Shown here piece by piece: positions 50,791 through 60,413 of a stretch of DNA of 60,413 bases. A model generated the notes under the pieces. It ran no database searches, was not told where the DNA came from, and saw nothing but the letters and a program-made list of their open reading frames with translations. The translations under genes were made by a program, and so were the position numbers. This stretch comes from Gekko japonicus (taxonomy: Eukaryota): assembly GCF_001447785.1 (NCBI RefSeq), contig NW_015176023.1, forward strand, positions 324,365-384,777, given 5' to 3'. The number at the start of each line of letters is the position of its first letter. Positions within the stretch are counted from its first letter, which is position 1.

Positions 50791-51691
50791 TGAATTTCCT
50801 GATTTAACAGATTGTGTTTTTATAGAACATAAAAGCAGCCAAAGAAACCAGTTTCCCCAAAACTCCAAAGTTGTGTGCTGAAAAACATTTTTGGTACATG
50901 AAGCTAATTTTGAAGAGTCATTTTTAATGTTCAGTTGTGTTATTTTGCAACATTAAAAAAATTCCTGATACAGCAACCCTTGGAAATTAGATGCGTGTGC
51001 ATTATCTCCTTTTCCCTATCTCTGCTGTTCCTGAATCTAGCAAGCCAGCAGCCTTTTTGGTTCTGGAAAATGTTCAATCATTTCACATACAGGCATGTGC
51101 TCTTCACTTCAGTGACTAACTTAAAATGGGAATTTTGAAAACTCACATCTACCTTGGAGCAGTGAGGGGTAAGGTTCCTATGGTATTTCTAGACAAAGGT
51201 ACAGGATAGCTGTATTGGTCCAAAGCAAAATCCAGAATTAAAAGTCTGCCGTTGAACAGATTTGTCTCAAACACCAAATGGGATTCTTGAACTGGAGGAA
51301 AATGACATGCAAGGAAAAGGTGCTTACGGTGTTTCTTATCACTACAGGATATCACTTCATTTGGTTTCTACTCTTTATTAAGAGGAGGAATAGGATTCTT
51401 TTTTAAAAACACATGCTGTGTGGTGGCATTGAAAACAGATGCAGCGGTTTACTTCATCTGCCTATAGGTCCTATTTTAATCCCACCCTCCGCCTGGAAAG
51501 CTGATGGTGGCAGATGATTCCCTCTCCTCCATTTTATACTCAGCAGATTAGACTGGGAGTGTGACGTGCTTGAAGTCACCCAGTGAGACTGATGCCGAGT
51601 GGAGAGTTGAAGCAGAGTCTCCCGGGGCCTCGTGTAGTGCTGGATCCACGGCACCCCTCCGTGTGCCGCCATTTCTGCGTGATGAAGGACG

Positions 51692-52342
51692 TGAAATTGC
51701 AGAGCGGTCGGGTTAGAACGGATAAAAGGAAGTACTTCTTCACCCAAGGAGTGATGAACACAAGGAATTCACTGCCACAGGAAGTGGTGGCGGCTACAAG
51801 CATGGACAGCTTCAAAAGGGAATTAGATAGGCATATGGAGCAGAGGTCCATCAGTGGCTATTAGCCACAAGGTATAGATAGGAACTCTCAGGCTGGGGCA
51901 AGTGATGCTCTGTCTTCTTGGTGCTTGGGGGGGGGGTCAACAGTGGGAGGGTTTCTAACGTCCTGGCCCCACTGGTGGACCTCCTGATGGCCCCTGGTAT
52001 TTCTGGCCACTGTGTGACACAGAGTGTTGGACTGGAGGGGCCTTTGGCCTGATCCAACATTGGCGTCTCTTATGTTCGTATTTGAGGGAATTAGATAAGC
52101 CTATGGAGCAGAGGGCCATCGGTGGCTATTAGCCACAAGGTCTAGACAGGGGCTCTGGGGCAAGTGATGCTCTGTATTCTTGGTGGGTGGGGGGGGTCAA
52201 CAGTGGGAGGGCTTCTAACGTCCTGGCCCCACTGGTGGACCTCCTGATGGCACCTGGTATTTCTGGCCACTGTGTGACACAGAGTGTTGGACTGGATGGG
52301 CCTTTGGCCTGATCCAACATTTGCGTCTCTCATGTTCTTATG
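51692..52342 (+). mobile_element. Two tandem CR1 3' ends (about 51692-52078 and 52082-52342)
   Basis: RVRTDKRKYFFTQ...SISGY* plus 3' UTR, followed directly by a second shorter copy. Confidence 0.9.
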
Positions 52343-52569
52343 TGGACCTTCCTTGTTCTGTTCCTTTGAGGCATTGGTGTTTTTCAAGTCCTGATCTCAA
52401 ATTGCACCACTAACAATGAGGCAGTGGCCACAATGTATTCATTCCTGTGCACGACAAGACATGGTTGTGCCCTGAATCTTTGTACTCGGCTATTCAGAAG
52501 AGGAAGACCAAGCATGCAGACGAGCAGGCATGCAGAGGTCATAAGAAAATGTCAGCTCTGAATATAAAT

Positions 52570-53060
52570 AACAGAAGTGTTAACCTGGTATTCTCGAGGC
52601 AAACCACACCATATTAAATGAAGCTGCACAAGCAATTCACAAAGAAAGATCTTCCCCCAAAAGCAAGAAACAAAAAGGCTCTACTTAAGACTAATGAAAA
52701 ACCAACAAAGAAAAACCTTTATAATTGGTAAATTGATTCAGGAGCAACTATGCGTAGTGACAGAAGCTTCTTTGAAATGATTGATGAAGAAAGAAAGCTG
52801 TTATTTAGCAAATGGGAAAATCCTCTGTTCTGAAGGCATTGATTTTGGAACACCGTGTTGCAAAGGGCCAGATGGTGCCATCCGAGGAGTCCTTGGCACA
52901 AGCTGCCTGTATGTTCCAAACCAGAAAACCTTATTTCTGTTAAGATCAATGGGAAAGGATGGAAAAAGCAAATTTTGATGGCGAGAGATGTTTTGTAAGA
53001 GACAAGACAGGTTTAATTGCAAAAGCGTGGTTAAAAAATTGTACAGATTTGAACGTCACA
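52570..53060 (+). mobile_element. Degenerate Ty1/copia gag-protease fragment
   Basis: GKPHHIK*SC zinc-knuckle remnant near 52598; IDSGAT near 52732; YLANGKILCSEG, LYVP, ANFDGERC. Confidence 0.7.
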
Positions 53061-53183
53061 AAGAGAAAAATTTTACAATCACAAGAACTGCATCCAAAAA
53101 TGGCACGGATGTGTAGGACACAGGGAAAACGACGCAATAAGCCAGCCTGAAAAGAAGAAAAGCGCAAGAGTCCAGCAGCACCT

Positions 53184-53450
53184 TAAAGGTAAAGGTTCTC
53201 TTGCTCGGAAGCCAGTCGAGTCCGACTCTAGGGTTGCGGTGCTCATCTCCGTTTCCAAGCCGAAGAGCCAGCGCTGTCCGAAGACGTTTCCGTGGCCATG
53301 TGGCCGGCATGACTAACAAAATATGTGGCAGGGTACGAGTGACTCATGAAAGCTCATACTTGCCACATATTTTGTTAGTTTTCGAGGTGCTCCTGGACTC
53401 TTGCTCTTTGCTGCTGCTACCAGACAGACTCACACGGCTGCCCATCTTGA
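53184..53450. mobile_element. Sauria SINE portion joined to a Penelope pLTR fragment
   Basis: aaaggtaaagg...ccagtcgagtccgactctagg; then gaaagctcatac...tttgttag. Confidence 0.65.
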
Positions 53451-54509
53451 TCTATCTCCTGAAAAGATCTTCGCAAAAGGTATACAAATAACCAAATGTG
53501 CTGATGCAGCTAAATGTGTGTGCTGTATCAAAGCAAAGGGGACTAGACCAAGATTTAACAAGCAAGGCACAAGCCGAATGCCCCCATGACCCACTCCAGT
53601 CAACATCCTGGCTGCAGCATTTGGCACTAATTGAAGTTTCCAACCAGTTCTCAAGGGCAGCCCCACATACAATGCATTGCAGGAATCTAATCTAGCTGTA
53701 ACCAGGGCATGCACCACAGTGGCTAGATCTTTCCTGCCCAGGAAAAGCTGCAGCTGGCTAACCAGTCAAAGCTGGCAAAAGGCACTCCTGGCCACAGATG
53801 CCACCTGCTTAACTAGCAGAAGGCCTAGATCCAAGAGAACTCGCAGACTACAGACCTGATCCTTCAAGGGGGATGCAACCCCATCCGGAATGGGTTAAAT
53901 CCTGAGTTAGACCTAGACATGGACAAAAAAGTTAGCTTCTGTGAAGAGGAACTTCACTGATATTTTCTTCCATGAGGAACAAAGAGTATAGTAATTTCTT
54001 CAACAAGTATCAATACATTTGTATCCTGGACTTGTTGAATGTCTGTCTCTTCTCGATTTGTGGTGATGCCTTTATGGTGTGCATCTGTGAAGTCAAAAGA
54101 ACACTTTTTTCTAAAATGCTGTATTTAAAATGTATGATCGCTAACACCTGTTGCTGGAGTTGCACTGTGCCAGGGTGAAGCATATACATGGCAGTTGTGC
54201 CAGTATGTTAAGTGTGCTGAAAAGTACTGCTAAAATTATAACGGGCAACGCTGGTTACTGTCTCCTGTTCTTAGCCAAAACAATTTTAGTAGGCCGAATC
54301 CCAAGTGTGTGGGGGGGGGGGATCAGAAGTTGACTGGAACTGTTTTCTGAAATATATTCACAGCGAAGTGAACGGATCCAGGTGGTCAGATTGGCTGTAT
54401 GAAAGTAGGAGGCCGTTTTACAGGACAGACAAAGTTGGAAGAAAACACTTTGTGCAGCTGTGTTAACCTGCTTCTCCCTCAGCAATGCTGGATCCAACGT
54501 AATCTAGTA

Positions 54510-54720
54510 CTGACCTGGACAGCACAGGCTAGCCTGATCTCGTCAGCTCTCGGAAGTTAAGCAGGGTCTGCCCTGGTCAGTACTTGGGTAGCAGACCACC
54601 GGCAAAGTCCAGGGTCACTATGCAGAGACAGGCAAGGGCAAACCCACCTCTGAACACCTCTTGCCTTGAAAACCCCATGGGGTTCACCATACGTCAGCTG
54701 TGACCTGAAGGCAACAAACC
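54510..54720 (+). mobile_element. 5S rRNA-derived SINE with BovB/Sauria-type tail
   Basis: ctgatctcgtcagctctcggaagttaagcagggtc..ctggtcagtacttgg is 5S-like; ggcaaacccacctctg...gaaaaccccatgggg tail. Confidence 0.75.
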
Positions 54721-55256
54721 CCAGAACTATCAGCGCCAAGGCTCCTGAGTCAACAAAAGTAGGGAGCACAGTGCCCTCCTTCAAGATCTCCACCTTCCCA
54801 GCCAGCATCATCTCAGCCTTTTCAGGGTTTCAACGTGTTCACTCTTAGCTAACCACAGCAGCCAAGCAGCAATTCGGGACCCTACTGTATCAAGAGGAGT
54901 TTTGGATAAGGATATATCAAGCTGGGTATCATCAGCATATTGATTACAACCATTTGCGAAACTACAAGGAGTTGGGCCAAAGAGCTTTGCACAGAGACTG
55001 AAAGACATGGGGGACAGAACTGCATGCACAGGATCGCTCCCACACAAATGATAACTGGTCTCCAATGGCAACACTGAGTCCAATCCAGGAGGAATGATTC
55101 ACACCCGTTTAATACATGTTCCAATACCTACTTCTGCCTCCAAGTGCCTCAACAAGATAGCATGGTCCACTGAATCAAAGGCTTCAGATAAATCGAATGG
55201 GAGCAACAAAGGAGCAACAACCTTTGCATATGCTCAGCTGGAGATCATCAACTAAA

Positions 55257-56066
55257 GACAGCAGGGCTTCAACAGTACGTGGATAGAGAACTGCCAGAAG
55301 TACAAGCTGGGTTTGGAAGACGTAGAGGAACTAGAGATCAAATTGCCAACATTATGGAGAAAGCAAGAGAGTACCAGAAAAACATCTGCTTCATTGACTA
55401 TGCTAAAGCCTTTGACTGTGTGGATCACAACAAACTATGGCAGGTCCTTAAAGAGATGGGAGTACCCGACCACCTCACATGTCTCTTGAGAAACCTGTAT
55501 AAGGATCAAGAAGCGACAGTTAGAACCGGATATGGAACAACTGATTGGTTTAGCATAGGAAAAGGAGTACGACAAGGATGCATATTGTCACCTTGCTTAT
55601 TTAATATATATGCAGAGTACATAATGCAAAATGCTGGCCAGGATGAATCACAAGCGGGAATTAAGATTCCTGGGGAAAAGATCAACAACCTCAGATATGC
55701 AGACGATACCACTCTAATGGCAGAAAGCGAAGAGGATCTTAAGAGCCTCTTGCTCAGAGTAAAAGAGGAGAGCGCAAAAGTGGGCTTGAAGCTCAATATA
55801 TAAAAAAACTAAGATCATGGCATCCGGCCCCATCACTCCTTGGCAAATAGAAGGGGAAGTCGTGGAAGTAGTGACAGACTTCACATTCCTGGGATCCCAG
55901 ATCGCCGCAGACTGTGACAGCAACCATGAAATTAAAAGACACCTGCTCCTTGGGAGGAAGGCGATGGCAAACCTAAACAGCATGATAAAAAGTAGAGACA
56001 TCACCCTGCCAACAAAACTCCGCATGGTCAAAGCAATGGTATTCCCAGTAGTCATGTATGGCTGCG
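55257..56066 (+). mobile_element. BovB/RTE reverse transcriptase fragment
   Basis: QAGF..RGTRDQIAN, FIDYAKAFDCVDH, GVRQGCILSP, NLRYADD. Confidence 0.95.
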
Positions 56067-56131
56067 NNNNNNNNNNNNNNNNNNNNNNNNNNNNNNNNNN
56101 NNNNNNNNNNNNNNNNNNNNNNNNNNNNNNN
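56067..56131. other. Assembly gap
   Basis: Run of N. Confidence 1.
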
Positions 56132-56335
56132 TCGAAAGCAAGAAATTGCAAGTAGATAAATAGGTACCGCTTCGGTTGGAAGGTAACAGCGTTCCGTGCG
56201 CCTCGGTGTTTAGTCATGCTGGCCACACGGCCACAGAAACGTCTTCGGACAGCACTGGCTCTTCGGCTTTGAAAGGGAGATGAGCACCGCAACCCTAGAG
56301 GCTTTCGAGCAAGGGAAACCTTTACCTTTTTACCT
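56132..56335. mobile_element. Sauria SINE fragment
   Basis: Reverse complement of 58501-58720; (acctt)n end. Confidence 0.8.
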
Positions 56336-56460
56336 CTATGTTACCTTTTCCCGCCTTGGGACCCCAGTCCTAACCAAGGTTCTGAATCCACAGCATCTCC
56401 TATCCCTGATAAAGCATCACATCGCCAAAAGTGTGCATGGAAAGTGAATTGACTGGGGAC

Positions 56461-56993
56461 CAATGTTCCCTCTAAGCTGTAGAGTCTTGTGAGCAAAAAT
56501 TCTACTTTTGTGAGCTACTGGCATTAAGGTTGTGAGTGAGGAATTTGGCTCCTGCATAAATGAGTTTGCCCTGGAGCCCTCCTTCTTGAGCTGAGACAAA
56601 AATGTGTGAGCCGGAGGCTGAAAAACTGTGAGCTAGCCCACACTCACTCATAAGAACATAAGAGATGCCAATGTTGGATCAGGCCAAAGGCCCATCCCGT
56701 CCAACACTCTGTGTCACACAGTGGCCAGAAATACCAGGTGCCATCAGGAGGTCCACTAGTGGGGCCAGAGCCCCTATCTATACCTTGTGGCTCATAGCCA
56801 CCGATGGACCTCTGCTCCATATGCGTATCTAATTCCCTCTTGAAGCCGTCCATGCTTGTAGCCGCCACCACTTCCTGTGGCAGTGAATTCCATGTGTTAA
56901 TCACTCTTTGGGTGAAGAAGTGCTTCCTTTTATCCGTTCTAACCCGACCGCTCAGCAGTTTCATGGAGTGCACTCAGCTTAGAGGGAACACTG
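56461..56993. mobile_element. hAT MITE interrupted by a CR1 3' fragment (56651-56970, minus strand)
   Basis: MITE TSD ctggggac (56453-56460 and 56994-57001); CR1 flanked by duplicated cactca. Confidence 0.88.
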
Positions 56994-57035
56994 CTGGGGA
57001 CCTGACAGCGATATTGTAAAAGGTTCATTTGTAAT

Positions 57036-57244
57036 CAATGTTCCCTCTATGCTGTGGAGTCCTCCTGTGAGCAAAAATTCTACTTTGTGAGCTGCCGGCA
57101 TTAAAGTTGTGAGGGAGCGATTTGGCTGCTGCATAAATGAGTTGGCTCTGGAGCCCTCCTTCCCGAGCTGAGACAAAAATGTGTGAGCCGGAGGCCAAAA
57201 AACTGTGAGCCAGCCCACACTCACTCAGCTTAGAAGGGACACTG
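57036..57244. mobile_element. hAT MITE
   Basis: Same cagtgttccctctaagctg family. Confidence 0.85.
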
Positions 57245-57407
57245 TATATGATTCGATGTCCATCAGCTTTATCCAGTGCCCTTGCCATCTGGATCACAGC
57301 GTTCGTTTGTTCCTTTTGATCTATTTCCTTGCCACGGTGTGACCCGAGTTTTGGTTTACCGACGTGGAGGTTGGCCGCCCTCCTGGAGGGACGGGGTCGG
57401 GTGGGAT

Positions 57408-57618
57408 CAATGTTCCCTCTAAGCTGTGCAGTCCTGTGAGCAAAAATTCTACTTTGTGAGCTGCTGGCATTAAAGTTGTGAGCGAGCAGTTTGGCTCAGG
57501 GGCATAACTTAGTTTGCCCTGGAGCCCCATCCCTTCCTGGGCTAAGACAAAAATGTGTGAGCCAGAGGCTAAGAAACTGTGAGCTAGCTCACACTGACTC
57601 AGCTTAGAGGGAGCACTG
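57408..57618. mobile_element. hAT MITE
   Basis: Same family; abuts the PSMC3IP promoter. Confidence 0.85.
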
Positions 57619-57619
57619 T

Positions 57620-57998
57620 TTCCCGCCCCGAAACAAACGAATCTCCGGGCTTCCCGGAAGTGAAGGTGCCCCACGCGGGCGCCCCGGAAGCGGAAGCGCA
57701 GCGTCGCCCCTCCTCCCGGCCAGCCGCGCTCCTTCCGCCGAAGCCCGTCGGCCGAGGCCTCCCCCGCAACCGCCTCTCCGCCGCGCCGGTTCCGCGCCCT
57801 GGCCTGGCCCGAGACAGGCGACCGACCGACGGACTGACTGGCGGGCTGGGACTGGGACTGGGAGCCCCCGGAGACCTCCCCCGCCGGGCCGCCAGCGCGC
57901 CGCCTCCTCGCGGGAGCCGGAGGGACCAGCCCGGGGGTGGGTGGGGGGCGCCGCCGGCCTCCGTTGCCACTGCCGGCCTCCGCCTGTGTCCTGCGGGG
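57620..57998 (+). promoter_or_regulatory. PSMC3IP CpG-island promoter and 5' UTR
   Basis: ETS/GABP sites ccggaagtg 57654-57662 and ccggaagcggaagc 57684-57697; CpG-dense. Confidence 0.7.
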
Positions 57999-58047
57999 AT
58001 GATGAGCGGCGGAGGAGGAGGAGGGAAAGCCCGCGAAGGGGCGGCAG
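57999..58047 (+). CDS. PSMC3IP: PSMC3IP exon 1
   Basis: ATG ATG AGC...GCA G|gtgagg; phase matches exon 2. Confidence 0.75.
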
Positions 58048-59686
58048 GTGAGGGGGAACCCCCCCTTGCTTCGCACCCCGGGAGGGAGGGAGGAGGAGGA
58101 GGAGGCAGGTGGGCGGCAGGCGCAGCACCAGGAGCGCGGCAGCAGCAGCACCAGCAGCAGAAGGAGCCCCCTCCCTGACCCCCCCTCTCTCCCCCTCTCT
58201 CCCTCCCTCAGGCGAGGCCGCCGCCATCCTGCTTCGGTACCTCCGGGAGCAGAACCGGCCCCACAGTGCGCAGGACGCCTTCGGGAATCTGCAGCGGGAG
58301 CACGGCCTGGGCAAGACGGTGAGACAAAACCCCACCCTCCCTCCGCCCCACCGCGCCCTGCTGTGGGGGGCCTGCTCGGAGATCCGGGCCAGCCCCGCAG
58401 GGCAGCGGAGGCCGCAGCAGCAGCAAAGTCCGTCCACCTCTTGAAGCCGCCGCCGCAGGTGTGTCGGGTCCAGTGTTCCCTCTAAGCTGAGTCAGTGTGA
58501 GGTAAAGGTAAAGGTAAAGGTCTCCCTTGCTCAAAAGCCAGTCGAATCTGACTCTAGGGTTGCGGTGCTCATCTCCGTTTCAAAGCCGAGGAGCCAGCGC
58601 TGTCTGAAGACGTTTCCGTGGTCATGTGGCCGGCATGACTAAACACCAAGGCGCACGGAACGCTGTGACCTTCCCACCGAAGTGGTCCCTATTGATCTAC
58701 TTGCAATTTCTTGCTTTCGAACTGCTAGGTTGGCAGAAGCTGGAACTAGAGACGGGAGCTCACTCCTTCATGCGGCACCCGGGTCTCGAACTGCTGAATG
58801 ACCGACCTTCCACAGCCTGCAGTTCAGCGTCTTAACCACTTGAGCCACCGCAGCTCCCAGTGTAGTCCAGCTCACAGTTTTTTAGCCTCTGGCTCACACA
58901 TTCTTGTCTTCGCTCAAGAAGAATGGGGCTCCAGAGCAAACTAACTTATGCAGCAGCCAAATGGCTCACTCACAACTTTAATGCCAGCAGCTCACAAAGT
59001 AGAATTTTTGCTCACAAGACTCCACAGCTTAGAGGGAACATTGGTCGGGTCCCTCTCCCCTCCCTCTTCCTCTCCCAGAGTCGTTCCTCCACCGGCTCCC
59101 GCCCTGCGTCAGGACCCCCACAGCGTGTGGGGCGGCAGCCAAACAGTCTGGCCCTCCTGGTGGGGAGCCAGTTTCCCTGGGGCTGTGGGGGCCCGCAAAG
59201 GCCTTCGAGGCACTTGTATTTATCGATCTTATTTCTTTGTAATTTGGGTTTTTTTTAATCTCACCCACTCCCACAGGTTACAACATATGCCTAGAAAACA
59301 ATTTAAAAGATCAAAACATGATTCAGTAAAACTCACCTCTATACAAGCAATAACATGTGTTGTAAGATGGTGTCAGTGTGGTTAGACGAGTGTCCCCAGA
59401 ACTCCCTTTGTACCTGTAGCCAGATATTTCAATTTCTGGGAAGCGGTATCATGAAGGCATTTCAACTATACTTGGTGACAAACTGATATTTTCCAGAATG
59501 TGCCGATGCTATTATGTCTGTCTACCTTTCACTGCACAGATCTCTCAGGGATACTCACTTATTTCAGTCTTCTGCTTTTCTTTCTGTCCGCTTTAGGCTT
59601 TAGTGAAGGCATTAGAGCAGCTAACTCAACAGGGGAAGATCAAAGAGAAGGTTTATGGGAAGCAAAAGATCTACTTTCCAGACCAG
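57999..59686 (+). CDS. PSMC3IP: PSMC3IP/HOP2 exons 1-3; continues beyond window
   Basis: join(57999-58047,58212-58318,59597-59686): MMSGGGGGGKAREGAAG EAAAILLRYLREQNRPHSAQDAFGNLQREHGLGKT ALVKALEQLTQQGKIKEKVYGKQKIYFPDQ, the HOP2 winged-helix domain. Confidence 0.93.
58212..58318 (+). CDS. PSMC3IP: PSMC3IP exon 2
   Basis: ILLRYLREQNRPHSAQDAFGNLQREHGLGKT. Confidence 0.95.
58471..59043. mobile_element. hAT MITE with nested Sauria SINE (58501-58858)
   Basis: Perfect TSD gtcgggtc (58463-58470 and 59044-59051); SINE sits between the two MITE halves. Confidence 0.88.
59597..59686 (+). CDS. PSMC3IP: PSMC3IP exon 3
   Basis: ALVKALEQLTQQGKIKEKVYGKQKIYFPDQ. Confidence 0.95.
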
Positions 59687-60011
59687 GTAGGAGAGGCCCC
59701 CTTGAACTTCTCTAGGAAATAATTGTTTATTTTAGTTACTGATCTAAACTACCTATGAGAGATATTTCAGAGGCGATGGTTTTTTTCTTGTAGTTTCTGA
59801 TTTACATGAAGCTTTATGATCAAATCTACATTGTGATTACAGTGAATTAGCATTAGTGGGAAAAAACACTATTTATTTAAAATATTTGTTACTTTTCTGT
59901 TTTACACTCTTGAGTTTCCATATCTAAACCTTAATCTTCATAACAGAATGTTTAGTAATACACTGAAATCCTTCTCAGTGTTACAAAGCAGGGATTTAAT
60001 TTCTCTACAAG

Positions 60012-60374
60012 GGCCCCGGTCACACGGCAAAGTTGCCGCGGGAGAGACACGGATGGTGGGCGGATTTTCCGGGCGCGATCACACCCCAACATCTGGGAAG
60101 TGGAGTGCACCCATGGCTTACCACCGACAATGCGCCTTAAAAAACTAGTACCTCCAAGGTACTAGTAAACGTTTGCCATGGGCTGCCTCCAGACGCTCGT
60201 GGTGTGATTGCACCGGCACGCGGCATTCCCCTGCGGTCCGTTTACCCGCCGGCACTGAGGGAAGGACCCATGGTGTGCCGCTGGCGCATCTGATTGCGTA
60301 ATCGCACATCAAACTACGCCGGGGCAATTAGCCACGCCTCCCCCCCGCGATATCCGGCCCGTGTGACCGGGGCC
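60012..60374. mobile_element. PIF/Harbinger-like MITE
   Basis: Perfect 16-bp TIR ggccccggtcacacgg; 3-bp flanks aag/aag. Confidence 0.8.
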
Positions 60375-60413
60375 AAGTTACTACTCATTATTTGTGGAGA
60401 GAGGTCTGTGGTG

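Noticed and set aside
54510-54610. Possible 5S rRNA gene (also 32496-32600)
   Set aside because: Diverged and fused to a retroposon tail, so it is a SINE head.
57321-58485. Several overlapping 120-277 aa ORFs, and similar ones at 37155-37929
   Set aside because: Stop-poor CpG islands; only the PSMC3IP and RETREG3 exon frames match known proteins.

Overview
This is vertebrate genomic DNA, almost certainly from a squamate and probably a gecko, judged by its repeats (Squam3-type and Sauria SINEs, BovB, CR1, L2, L1, Penelope, hAT, Harbinger and Tigger MITEs). It holds the block syntenic to human 17q21: PLEKHH3 (+, from exon 2), a single gamma-tubulin gene TUBG1 (-), RETREG3/FAM134C (+, complete, 9 exons, 458 aa, head-to-head with TUBG1) and the first three exons of PSMC3IP/HOP2 (+). 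I traced exons by hand with GT/AG boundaries and phases; protein and repeat identifications rely on recalled sequences, not database searches. Three observations stand out. (1) TUBG1 exons 2-11 are intact, but the canonical exon 1 (MPREIITLQLGQCGNQ) is absent and two tandem SINEs sit in its place, which could be an assembly mis-join or a real loss. (2) PLEKHH3 keeps clean PH and MyTH4 exons while its FERM exons carry lost acceptors, deletions and frameshifts. (3) SINE (CTT)n tails form the polypyrimidine tract of two TUBG1 exons. Smaller observations include a Penelope hairpin with hammerhead remnants in a RETREG3 intron and a MITE cluster at the PSMC3IP promoter. I found no clearly new multi-gene system. 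There are three N gaps.
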